From contig JBDGRE010000016.1 of NCBI GenBank assembly GCA_042218325.1, forward strand, positions 1-43,095: 43,095 nt of DNA. Direction: 5' to 3'. This document shows positions 34,385 to 43,095 of the stretch, piece by piece (within the stretch, counting starts at the first letter, position 1; the number at the start of each line of letters is the position of its first letter). Source of the DNA: Candidatus Nanohaloarchaea archaeon. Lineage in GTDB: Archaea; Nanohalarchaeota; Nanosalinia; Nanosalinales; Nanosalinaceae. Below the pieces are notes generated by a model. It was not told where the DNA came from. It saw only the letters and a list, made by a program, of their open reading frames with translations, and made no database searches. The position numbers and the translations under genes are program-made.

Positions 34385-37069
34385 ATGGAGAGAAGGTCCG
34401 CTGCTTTTCTGATATCGGTTATTTTCCTGTCATCCGCCGTGGCAGGAGCGTGGAGCATAAACGATAATGACAGCCCGGTCAGCCATGATGTGCTTTCTGA
34501 AGATACGGATACAAAACAAGTGGTGGAACTTGTGGATTCTAATGGAAATCCGGTAGACCTGGAAGAGTTACAGACAGCAGGCTACGATTTCAACTTCATC
34601 TACAACCGGACCGGTGGTTCGGCGTCCATGGAGGCCGATATGAAGCATCTCGCTTCGGGATACTACTACGCTGATTTCCAGGCCAACTTCACCGACGGCA
34701 TGATAGAGTACGAGCTGGAAGGCACCTCTCCAGAGATAAACTCTACAGAGAACATTCCTGTAGGAAATCATACAGTAAGCATACAGAACGATTTCTCCGT
34801 AAAGTACAAGGCGGGCAGTGAAATCGAGGTAGGCGTCCGTCTTGAGGATGAATGGAACGATACCATCGAGGACAGGGCTAACGTCGAACTTCATTTCACA
34901 AACGGCACCTGGACTTCCAGCCCCGTCCAGCTTGGATACAACAGCCGGAAAGAACTCTACACTAATGGCGTCACTCTGCCAAGGCAGGCAGAAGGAACTT
35001 ATGTGGTACATGTTGATTCTTATAGTACAGGTGCGGCCTATGAAAATGCCAGAGGTTCGCACTCCGTGATTCTTGAGACGCATCAGTCGGTACAGGGCGA
35101 GACCCTCTACCTGAACGCATCTTCCGGCTGCAACAACGAGACGTACTTCACGGCGTGCGAGAGAGGAGCAAGCATCGAGACCGGGTACAACGTGACGGCC
35201 TCGAGCGCGAACCGGGTCGAACTCGATCTCTTGCTCGTCAACAGATCGAACGGGGAATGGGTGGAGCGCGACTCCCTCTCCATGTCGGAGGAAAGCGGGT
35301 TGTGGGAGGCCAGCTTCGAGTTCCCCGACATAGACACGTCATGGTACAGGAAGAAGCTTGTCCTCCGGTACAACGCCACCAACGGCAAGAGGAGTGATGT
35401 CGATACGAGGAACATAAGCTACCGTACATACAGGATACAGGACCGCAGCTCACCCGCGGCCTATCAGGGCTCGGATTACGAGGTCGAGCTGTTTTTTGCG
35501 AAGTATTTCTCACTGGAATCGCTTAACAGGACCAGGTTCGACAACGCGTCCATCACAGTTGAAGGCCCGGGGGACAGTGAACTGATCTCTTTCAACATGA
35601 ACGAAATGAGCTTCAGGCGGAGCACAGGACTGTTCAAGAACACCATACAGATACCCTCCGACGCTACATCGGGAGCCTACGAGACAGCAGTAACAGCCTT
35701 CAACAGGTACGGGGAGAGGAAGACCTTGAGCTCAGGTTTCAACGTCAGGGATATACAGGCTACCTTCAACACGTCAGGAGATATGGAGCCGGTTATCAAC
35801 AAGACCGGCATCCACACGCGCAACTTCACCGTGACGAACAAGGTAGGAAACAGTAAGACACTGACAGCAGAGGTATCAGGAGAGATAGAGAACTTCACGG
35901 AGGTCAACAACGGCGACAACATAACGCTCGAGGCCGACGAAACCCGCGATGTGACGGTCGAGTTCAACCTGTCATACGTGGAAGACTACAGCGGCGAGAT
36001 AGTGCTTGAAGACACGAGCGCGATGTACAACGAGACGATAGATATCGAGATAGAAGCACCCCAGTGCGGGAAGCGCAGCGGAGTACTGTGCCTGACAGGT
36101 CTATCCGGTGAATGGATGAACGTATCCCGGGACAGCCGCGGAAGCACGGTCAGGACGGTGGATGTCAACTACCTCGGCGAAAAAGGAACTGATGAATCCG
36201 TAGATATCGACGTTACCGGCAAGGTGTCTTCTTACCTCGCCGCAGAACCTGTCTCGTTCACGGTCAACGAGACCCAGACGGTGGCGTTTAACTACACGGC
36301 TATCGCCCCCGGGAGTTACACAGGTACAGTGAACGTTTCCGGGGAAGAAGGCCATGTCAGCTTCCACACAGCGCTCGACTCTGATGTCGAGGCAACGAAC
36401 GCGAGTATATCTGCCCCCTCGTCAATAGACCTCGGCTACTTCCCGTCGGGTGAAACTGTATCGAAGGTGATAGAGGTGCGGAACACGGGGAGGATAGAGA
36501 TAACATCGCTCGAAGCATCGTCCAGCACCCTGGATGTCTCGGCGGAACAGGTATCCATACCCGCCGGCCAGTCCAGGGGTGTAGAACTCACCTTCGGAAC
36601 AGTTACCGCGGATTCGGGTACTGTAACCCTTCGAGGGACCACTGTAGCCGACAATACAGTCGCGGAGCTATCCGTCGTTGCGAACCCTGTACCGGACTAC
36701 GCGGCCCAGGCAGACACACTCAGCTCGAGGATAACCTCCCTCAGCCAGCGGGCCACCAGCGACTCGGTCCAGACACAGCTCCAGAGCCTCGAGACACAGG
36801 TTTCACAGGTAAAAACCGCGTACCAGAGAGGCAACTACCAGGAAGCCCAGAGCCAGTACCAGAGCATAGCAAGCCAGCTCGACTCGGTAGAACAGCAGAT
36901 ACAACAGAAAAGCCAGGATGACGGAACCGGAGAACAGCAAGAAAACGGAGGGTTCCCGGTCCTCATGGTAGCGGTAGTCCTGTTCGTCCTGCTGCTTGTA
37001 GGATTCGTGGCCTACACCTCGATAATACCGGAAGAGGGAGACCCTCTCTACAACCTCCTCGGTGGTTGA
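34385..37069 (+). CDS. Large cell-surface glycoprotein: signal peptide, Ig-like beta domains, helical stalk, C-terminal TM anchor
   Basis: N-terminal signal peptide, about 27 N-x-S/T sequons by manual count, Ser/Thr/Val-rich beta pattern, Gln-rich coiled coil, C-terminal hydrophobic helix. Confidence 0.85.
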   Translation: MERRSAAFLISVIFLSSAVAGAWSINDNDSPVSHDVLSEDTDTKQVVELVDSNGNPVDLEELQTAGYDFNFIYNRTGGSASMEADMKHLASGYYYADFQANFTDGMIEYELEGTSPEINSTENIPVGNHTVSIQNDFSVKYKAGSEIEVGVRLEDEWNDTIEDRANVELHFTNGTWTSSPVQLGYNSRKELYTNGVTLPRQAEGTYVVHVDSYSTGAAYENARGSHSVILETHQSVQGETLYLNASSGCNNETYFTACERGASIETGYNVTASSANRVELDLLLVNRSNGEWVERDSLSMSEESGLWEASFEFPDIDTSWYRKKLVLRYNATNGKRSDVDTRNISYRTYRIQDRSSPAAYQGSDYEVELFFAKYFSLESLNRTRFDNASITVEGPGDSELISFNMNEMSFRRSTGLFKNTIQIPSDATSGAYETAVTAFNRYGERKTLSSGFNVRDIQATFNTSGDMEPVINKTGIHTRNFTVTNKVGNSKTLTAEVSGEIENFTEVNNGDNITLEADETRDVTVEFNLSYVEDYSGEIVLEDTSAMYNETIDIEIEAPQCGKRSGVLCLTGLSGEWMNVSRDSRGSTVRTVDVNYLGEKGTDESVDIDVTGKVSSYLAAEPVSFTVNETQTVAFNYTAIAPGSYTGTVNVSGEEGHVSFHTALDSDVEATNASISAPSSIDLGYFPSGETVSKVIEVRNTGRIEITSLEASSSTLDVSAEQVSIPAGQSRGVELTFGTVTADSGTVTLRGTTVADNTVAELSVVANPVPDYAAQADTLSSRITSLSQRATSDSVQTQLQSLETQVSQVKTAYQRGNYQEAQSQYQSIASQLDSVEQQIQQKSQDDGTGEQQENGGFPVLMVAVVLFVLLLVGFVAYTSIIPEEGDPLYNLLGG

Positions 37070-37541
37070 CATGCCGCTGCTACCTGCTATAGGTACCGAC
37101 GCCACCGCAGTGGTGCTTTTCCTGCTGCTCGTGGCATCTTTCGTGATAGCCTTCAAGGTGATGCAGATGGTCTTCGAGACCATACTGGTCTCTGTCCTTT
37201 CCGGTCTCTTCTACGTCGGCATGGTATACTTCTTCGGCTATCCCATGAACCTTGAGCGCGTGCTGCTTTTCGCGTTCCTCGGCGCCACGCTTTACATGGC
37301 CTACAGCTTCATAGTCTCGGCCTACAGCGTCGCATCCACAGTACTTGAGGTGCCCTACCACATACTCAGGCCGGTGGTGCTCATCCCTTGGAGAGGAGGC
37401 AAGAAGGCTTACCTGCATCTCAGGAGAAGATACAGGCTATACAGGATGCAGCAGGGTACGAAAGACGAGGGAGACGAGCAGGACGAAGAAAGCGGCGACG
37501 ACGTAAAAGAAGTGGTCCTCGACAAGGTCCGGAAGGACTAA
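37062..37541 (+). CDS. Hypothetical membrane protein
   Basis: Three to four TM helices and a charged tail ending KEVVLDK; overlaps the upstream gene. Confidence 0.8.
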   Translation: MVDMPLLPAIGTDATAVVLFLLLVASFVIAFKVMQMVFETILVSVLSGLFYVGMVYFFGYPMNLERVLLFAFLGATLYMAYSFIVSAYSVASTVLEVPYHILRPVVLIPWRGGKKAYLHLRRRYRLYRMQQGTKDEGDEQDEESGDDVKEVVLDKVRKD

Positions 37542-38218
37542 CCGCCGAAACTGAAACTGCCGGACTCCAGCCTGTCCACCTTGCCTTCAAGAACGACGGT
37601 GGAGTTGCCAGGATAGACTGTTATCGAACCTGAGAAAGAGTTGATACTTACTTCCCTCTCCTCCTTGATCTCCACCGAGCTCGAGTTAGTGCTGACGGTT
37701 CCACTGACCTCTTTCAGCTCTATCGCGGAACGGCTGACTCTTTCGGCCCGGATTGTACCGGTTTCGAGCTCCCTGCGTACCTGCAGGTTGCCGGAAACGT
37801 TGACGCCGCTCGTCGTGAAACCACGTGCGCGGCCTCTTATCTCGGTGAGCTCCGCCGGCATCAACTCGCCCGTGAAGCCGTAGAGGAATATCTTGCTGTC
37901 CGAATCCGCCTTCTTACCGCCGAAACCTATAGATGTGAAGTTAGCGGCCGAAACCCTTGCGTTCTTCACCCTCAGCTTTTCATCGGCTATATCACCCGAG
38001 ACAAAGACGGCGCGCACCTCGTTCTCGGGCCGCGGGTTCTGCAGGAACCGGTCAAGCGAGCTCAGCGACTCCGGTACGATATCGTTGAACGAGAACTGGC
38101 CCGGCGCACTGACCTTGTTCGCCTGCACCTGCTCCGCGTTAAGTCCCCCGCCGTTTATAGCGGCGCCTATCGCCGCGAGAGATGCAAGAACCGCGGTCAA
38201 AACCTTTCCATCAAGCAT
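37538..38218 (-). CDS. Hypothetical membrane-anchored or secreted beta-rich protein
   Basis: N-terminal hydrophobic helix; repeating short beta motifs (VSG.V, FSG.I). Confidence 0.8.
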   Translation of the reverse strand: MLDGKVLTAVLASLAAIGAAINGGGLNAEQVQANKVSAPGQFSFNDIVPESLSSLDRFLQNPRPENEVRAVFVSGDIADEKLRVKNARVSAANFTSIGFGGKKADSDSKIFLYGFTGELMPAELTEIRGRARGFTTSGVNVSGNLQVRRELETGTIRAERVSRSAIELKEVSGTVSTNSSSVEIKEEREVSINSFSGSITVYPGNSTVVLEGKVDRLESGSFSFGG

Positions 38219-38258
38219 ATTTCACGACTGTAAAAAGCTTGGATATAAAATATGGTGC

Positions 38259-38843
38259 ATGCGCGCGGCCGTACTCGTGAGACCTGAAGTACCGGAGAAC
38301 ACGGGTTTTATAGCCCGGCTCTGCGAGAACTTCGACTTTTCGCTACGGCTCGTGGAACCCGGTTTCAACCTCGAGGCCGCGAGAAAAACCGCCGCGGGCG
38401 CCCAAGAAGCGCTGCGGGACGCAAAGATATACGACTCGGTGGAAGCCGCCGTCGAAGACCTGGACTGCGTTGTCGGTACGAAGCCGGGAAAGGGCATCGA
38501 GGCCCGGGAGCTCGAGCCGCGCGAGAACACGTCGCTGATGCTCGGCCCGGAAAGCACCGGACTTTCGAACCGGGAACTGGAGCTGTGCGACGCCGTTTCT
38601 CAAATCTCGACGTCCGGCTACAGCTCGCTGAACCAGGGCCACGCCGCCGCGATATACATGCACCGGCTGCATCCTGCGGGGGAGAAGGGTATCGAGCCGT
38701 CGCAGAAGCAGCGCCTCGAAGAAGTGCTGGAGGGGTCTGTCATGAAGAAGCTGCTGCTGAGAGCGAATCCATCGAGCAGGGAGGCCGGGAGGCTGCTCGG
38801 GGAGATAGCAAAGATGGGAGGCGACTCCCCTGGAACATCTTAA
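38259..38843 (+). CDS. trmJ: SPOUT tRNA/rRNA methyltransferase, TrmJ/LasT family
   Basis: VLV.P..PEN.G.IAR...NF, G.ES.GLSN.EL..CD, Y.SLN..HA. Confidence 0.88.
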   Translation: MRAAVLVRPEVPENTGFIARLCENFDFSLRLVEPGFNLEAARKTAAGAQEALRDAKIYDSVEAAVEDLDCVVGTKPGKGIEARELEPRENTSLMLGPESTGLSNRELELCDAVSQISTSGYSSLNQGHAAAIYMHRLHPAGEKGIEPSQKQRLEEVLEGSVMKKLLLRANPSSREAGRLLGEIAKMGGDSPGTS

Positions 38844-38908
38844 CCGCTCTCTATGCAGGAGTTTGCGGATGGACGGGAATTAAAAAGATAGCTCCCGTGC
38901 CTGTAGAT

Positions 38909-40168
38909 ATGGTACTACCAGGACTTTTCCCGGGCTCGAACAACGGCATCTTCGCCATAATACAGACACTCATCTCGTTGCTTTTCCTCGGTATGATATT
39001 CTTCTTCCCGAGGATAATGATGTGGCAAGTCGACCGCAAGCTGAAATCACTGCTCGTCGACCTCGATACTTACCGTAACGACGCGGAGATGATGTTCCTG
39101 AAGAAGCTGGACCCTCACCAGTCGAAGGCGTTCCAGCGCAAGTTCGAGTCGATGAAGGATTTCAAGTTCTCCCAGCCGACCGGTCTCGACCCGGCAGGGA
39201 TGGTGCAGAGACTGGAGAACGTGCTTGACGCGTCCGAGGATAAGTTCGAGAGGTTCGTAAGAGACAACACGGAAACAGAGGATGAAGAAGAGCTTGCCGA
39301 CCTCAACATGGCCTTCAAGGGCGTCATGGGCACCCACCAGGTATACAAGGTCATGAGGCATTTCCGCCAGCTGATATCCAAGACCAAGACCTTCCAGCTC
39401 ATCGGCATCGTCCAGATGATGATGCCGATCTACGAGGAGATAGCGGAGGCGCAGAGGGACGCGACTCGTGCCTTCGTGGACCAGGCACCGATCGGCGACG
39501 CGATAGGCCCGCTGGTCGCCGCGAAGATGATATCCTCCGAACCGGAAGAGATAGCGGAGGACATAATCCACTCGGAGGAAGAGCTAGACGGACAGGAAGT
39601 CCACATACTGAAGTCGAAAGGACCGGGCGCACGCCTCGGCAAGTACGGCGACGCAATCGACACCCTCGCAGAAGAAAACGACCTCGAGGCCATAGTAACG
39701 GTAGACGCCGCGGCAAAGTTCGAGGGGGAGGAAACCGGTACAGTGTCAGAAGGAGTAGGCGTCATGATGGGAGGCCCCGGCGTGGAAAAGAGGAAGATAG
39801 AGGACGCCGCCACCGAGCACGACGTACCGCTTGAAGGCATAGTCGTCAAGCAATCGCCCGCGGAAGCCTCTAAACCGATGAAGAAGGCTATCTACGAGGC
39901 CTGGAACCCGGCGGTAGAGAAGGCCGAGAAGATAACGGAAGAGTTCGACGGTCCTGTAGCGGTTATCGGCGTCGGAAACAGCTGCGGCGTAGGGAACACC
40001 CGCGAAGATACCTCGGGCATCCACAGCAAGCTCCAGAAGTACTGGAAGGAGTACGAGGAACAGGAAGAGGAAGAGGTATCCTACATGGGCCTGCTTGGTG
40101 CGATGCCCGGCGGTGACTCGATGGAAGGTGCGGCAGACTCGTTCCTCTGGCGGATACCCCGGTGGTAA
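38909..40168 (+). CDS. DUF1512-family membrane-anchored protein
   Basis: P..LDP.G....LE, P.GD.IGPLVA, K.KGPG...G, VDAA.K.EGE.TG...G.GV..GG.GVEK..IE, IGVGN..GV. Confidence 0.88.
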   Translation: MVLPGLFPGSNNGIFAIIQTLISLLFLGMIFFFPRIMMWQVDRKLKSLLVDLDTYRNDAEMMFLKKLDPHQSKAFQRKFESMKDFKFSQPTGLDPAGMVQRLENVLDASEDKFERFVRDNTETEDEEELADLNMAFKGVMGTHQVYKVMRHFRQLISKTKTFQLIGIVQMMMPIYEEIAEAQRDATRAFVDQAPIGDAIGPLVAAKMISSEPEEIAEDIIHSEEELDGQEVHILKSKGPGARLGKYGDAIDTLAEENDLEAIVTVDAAAKFEGEETGTVSEGVGVMMGGPGVEKRKIEDAATEHDVPLEGIVVKQSPAEASKPMKKAIYEAWNPAVEKAEKITEEFDGPVAVIGVGNSCGVGNTREDTSGIHSKLQKYWKEYEEQEEEEVSYMGLLGAMPGGDSMEGAADSFLWRIPRW

Positions 40169-40218
40169 CATTCTCCGTTCGGAAACATCTTTAAACAAGG
40201 CTTCCGAACGATAACTCA

Positions 40219-42768
40219 ATGCGCAAGTCGGTGTTGCTAGCAGCAGCCGTTCTGGTACTGTCCGGCCCTGCCATCGCACAGACTAATATGCTTCAGCAGA
40301 GCGGGGGCGGAGGCGGAACGGTGGAGGGAGACTATGGAAACTCCTACATTTTTCCCTACAAGGACGTGGCGGAGGATGAAAGCCTAACCGCGTATATCAG
40401 CTGTTACAATAGCGACTTGAGTGCCTGTCCCATAGACAGTGGAGCTCCTGGTGACGAGATCAAACTGGCTATACAGGGATGTAGCGCTGAAGTAGGGCTA
40501 TCAAGCAGTGTTAAGAAGTCGGACAGGAAGGTGTATGAGTTTACCGGACACGTCAGGCAGGATTTCGGCTGCGATCCTGGTGTTTCCCAACCAACGGAGC
40601 CCGCGAAATTCGATTTTATAACTCCGCGGAACACCGTAAGTGGAGGCACAGTCTATGTGAGACCGGTGGCATCAGGACAGTACCTGAACGTACAATTGGA
40701 CCCGGAAACAGGTGATAAAGACAAGGCGATATACCAGTTCCACTTCACTGATAAACCGGACCACCAGTGCGGTATAGACGGTGTCAGATGCTTTTCCGCC
40801 CCGGAAGACAAAGCTGCATTGCTGATAAACAACGACAACCAGATAGCTGACCTGGGAGACGGAACCGTGGATAAGTTCGAGGAATACGTCATAGAACCGG
40901 GGGAAGCAGGTATGCAGACTCAACCCGATGGAAAATCCAGTTTAAACGAACTCCTTTCCCGTTCTCCCGACAAGGCCTGCATGGACGGCTGCTGGCAGGC
41001 CACAGACGAGATAGTCAAGATGAATTTCTTCAGGAATACTCTTGACCGCTGTGACAAGGATTCTTTCTCGGAGGGAGACAAGTGCTTCCTGAACCACGAA
41101 TACGATACCGGGGCAAATCCCTACATGCCGAGAGGAGAGATTATCGTGGCCTATCCGGACCAGATAGGATCGAACCCTCAGGAAGAGTTCTTCATGTGCG
41201 ACCCGGGCAACCCGGCAACAGATGGTAAAGTGGTATATGTCTCGGAATTGAAGAAATACAAGTGCAACGCAGAAAGCGGGCGATGGGAGAAGATATACGA
41301 GTGCAACGACGGTAAGGACAACGATAACAACGGAGATGTTGACCACAAAAACGATATCCCCAACGTCCCGGTCGACCCAAACTGTGATTCAAAAACCGAC
41401 AATTCAGAGGAGGACACGCAGCCCGACTGCCCGCCGCTCATCAAAGAAACGCCCAACCAGAAGGTGGCGTACTACGACGGCAACACGGATGAAGGCTCGT
41501 TCACAGGCATAAGGGACGGCTGCACCTACAAGCAGGACACGACGATAGCTCGTGGTGAACCCGAACTGTTCACCTGCTACGAATCCACCACCAGCGACGA
41601 GACCAGCTCGGGCCAGCAACGGTTCTGCGACACCCTGTTCTCCGCGGACTTCACGGGTCACGGTTCGTCGGTGAAATCCGTGCAGTACCACGTTCCGAAG
41701 TCGGCGATACCGACGAGCGATCAGGACCCGCAGCTGGCGAGCCGGTTCGTGGCCGACTCGGGGCGGTCGCCGAGCTCATTGCCGGAAAAGGCGCAGTGCA
41801 CTGAGAACACGGAGACCAGCGGCGGCTTACCGGTTACTTCCGGCGGCTTCGTCAACACCCGGTGCGAAACCCTTCACACGGCTGAGAAAAGTTACAGCCG
41901 CTCCCCCGGCGGCGAAACCGTCACGCCGCACAGCCTGTCGCACTGGAAATCACGCAACCTGACCGACACCGGCGACGGCTACCAGCAAGCCGGAGACAGC
42001 AACGGCGATTACGGAACCGGCGAGGAAGACCGGCTCGACTCATGGACAATCGCCAACGCCACCGCCCAGACCAACGACAAGATATTCAGCCCGGACACAG
42101 CTAATTTGATAACGGACGATGCGGCCTTCAGCGGCGGGTTCGCGGGACGCTGCCCGACAGGGAAAAGATGGCAGCACTTGGAATCGACAGAAACCGGATC
42201 TGGCAACTCTGCTGGCTGGTACTGTTCAGGTGCTCTCGACTGGCCTTTCAAGTACTACGTCCCTGATCTGGATAAGTCGGGTAACAGTGTTAAGACGGGT
42301 ATTTTCCTACAGAAAGAGATTTTCAGGACAGGAGATATCGGCAGTGCGCCGCCTACTTCGTTTACTGCTGCCTGGTTCAGGCAGAACGACGGAGAGGTTG
42401 CTACGATCGAGAAGATTCGTTACGACTGCTATCCGGGTAAGCCGGGGAGCCAGACGCCGACGTGGAAGACCTTTGACGTGCCTGATACTTCGGGTAACCC
42501 GTTCAGCAGTACGGTGTTCCTGCCGGATACTGTGAGTACGAGTGGTGTTGGTGAGTACAGCTGCGAGTTCCAGTTTAAGATTCAGAAATCGGACGGGACG
42601 ATGACGTGGGAATCTGATTTAGGTAGTCCGCAGGAGGTTTCCGACGACAGAGCCGGGGAGGTACTGGGCCTCGGTGACTACGTCGGCACGAAAGGAGATA
42701 CATACATCACGCTGGATAAGCCGGGAGATGCAGATTCGCAGCTTCCGGGCCCTGACCTCCAGAACTGA
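40219..42768 (+). CDS. Large secreted cysteine-rich protein
   Basis: Signal peptide (MRKSVLLAAAVLVLSGPAIA), 24 Cys by manual count, C.DG.DND..G..D....DP.C motif, no C-terminal TM helix; TATA 23 nt upstream. Confidence 0.85.
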   Translation: MRKSVLLAAAVLVLSGPAIAQTNMLQQSGGGGGTVEGDYGNSYIFPYKDVAEDESLTAYISCYNSDLSACPIDSGAPGDEIKLAIQGCSAEVGLSSSVKKSDRKVYEFTGHVRQDFGCDPGVSQPTEPAKFDFITPRNTVSGGTVYVRPVASGQYLNVQLDPETGDKDKAIYQFHFTDKPDHQCGIDGVRCFSAPEDKAALLINNDNQIADLGDGTVDKFEEYVIEPGEAGMQTQPDGKSSLNELLSRSPDKACMDGCWQATDEIVKMNFFRNTLDRCDKDSFSEGDKCFLNHEYDTGANPYMPRGEIIVAYPDQIGSNPQEEFFMCDPGNPATDGKVVYVSELKKYKCNAESGRWEKIYECNDGKDNDNNGDVDHKNDIPNVPVDPNCDSKTDNSEEDTQPDCPPLIKETPNQKVAYYDGNTDEGSFTGIRDGCTYKQDTTIARGEPELFTCYESTTSDETSSGQQRFCDTLFSADFTGHGSSVKSVQYHVPKSAIPTSDQDPQLASRFVADSGRSPSSLPEKAQCTENTETSGGLPVTSGGFVNTRCETLHTAEKSYSRSPGGETVTPHSLSHWKSRNLTDTGDGYQQAGDSNGDYGTGEEDRLDSWTIANATAQTNDKIFSPDTANLITDDAAFSGGFAGRCPTGKRWQHLESTETGSGNSAGWYCSGALDWPFKYYVPDLDKSGNSVKTGIFLQKEIFRTGDIGSAPPTSFTAAWFRQNDGEVATIEKIRYDCYPGKPGSQTPTWKTFDVPDTSGNPFSSTVFLPDTVSTSGVGEYSCEFQFKIQKSDGTMTWESDLGSPQEVSDDRAGEVLGLGDYVGTKGDTYITLDKPGDADSQLPGPDLQN

Positions 42769-42774
42769 AAAACT

Positions 42775-43095
42775 TCAGGTGGCGAGCTGGTATTCGATTC
42801 GGTCGGGATGCACGTGGAGTGTGGCGCCCTCGAATTCCGGTAATTGTCCGTCGGGGTGTGCTTCGTGGTATATGTGTGATGCCAGGCACATGCTGTCGGG
42901 GTATTTCATGCCGCGCTGTGTATCTGGGTTGCGGAGGAAGTCTTCCCAGTCCTGTGCTCCATGAACCTCGATGTAGAGATTGGCTTCCTCAGTCTGCCGT
43001 TCGATTTTTCCTAATTCGTCTCTGGTAAATCCCAGCGCCATCCAAGCCCCGCCGTCTGCGTAGTTGTTTTGTAGCATGATATTGCCGCCGTCATT
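42775..43095 (-). CDS. Hypothetical protein, probably the 3' part of a gene extending beyond the window
   Basis: Frame stays open to the window edge (NDGGNI-MLQNN...); acidic; convergent with the Cys-rich gene. Confidence 0.6.
   Translation of the reverse strand, partial: NDGGNIMLQNNYADGGAWMALGFTRDELGKIERQTEEANLYIEVHGAQDWEDFLRNPDTQRGMKYPDSMCLASHIYHEAHPDGQLPEFEGATLHVHPDRIEYQLAT

Noticed and set aside
22657-38908. Long N-terminal extensions in the ORF track for ftsY (22657), the phosphoesterase (28035), rpl21e (29990), pyrG (32209), trmJ (37893) and DUF1512 (38585)
   Set aside because: They overlap other genes or promoters; downstream ATGs fit family N-termini and TATA spacing.
1-43095. Many long antisense and alternative-frame ORFs in the track (e.g. 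16474-17241, 19711-20460, 30662-31555)
   Set aside because: They shadow well-supported genes; their Ser/Arg-rich or hydrophobic composition is the expected by-product of acidic, GC3-rich coding.
1-43095. CRISPR array, tRNA, rRNA, SRP RNA, IS element or integrase
   Set aside because: No regularly spaced repeats, cloverleaf, gap with recognisable SRP RNA features, or transposase/integrase motifs were seen by eye.
40219-43095. Diversity-generating retroelement target
   Set aside because: No template/variable repeat pair differing at adenines and no reverse transcriptase within the window; one outside the window cannot be excluded.

Overview
Gene-dense archaeal chromosomal segment. The proteome is strongly acidic, intergenic gaps are very short, and most genes have a TATA box 22-23 nt upstream of the start codon (leaderless layout). 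This fits a halophilic DPANN archaeon, most likely Nanohaloarchaeota; that assignment is inference, not a database result. The core is the conserved archaeal information-processing neighbourhood: rps19e-PDCD5-rpl39e-rpl31e-eIF6-rpl18a-pfdA-ftsY...srp54...pus10-rpl21e-rpoF-DUF655-ksgA-(pyrG)-hemK. It also carries thrS, rnz, rpp21, trm11, trm56 and trmJ. Accessory content: a divergent lipid-modification cluster (two GT4 enzymes, DUF2070, DUF2391, UPF0104 flippase-like protein), an ABC-2 exporter, an HD hydrolase, several ORFans and two large secreted proteins. Best leads: (1) a translationally coupled pair of apparently catalytically dead enzymes between ftsY and srp54; (2) the lipid-remodelling cluster; (3) modified exit-tunnel ribosomal proteins (L31e fusion, L39e insertion); (4) a candidate C/D-like small RNA upstream of thrS; (5) a hidden membrane gene that appears to start at ATT; (6) a mosaic 24-Cys secreted protein; (7) homopolymer frameshifts. 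I saw no tRNA, rRNA, CRISPR array or transposase. All family calls are from motif recognition by eye.
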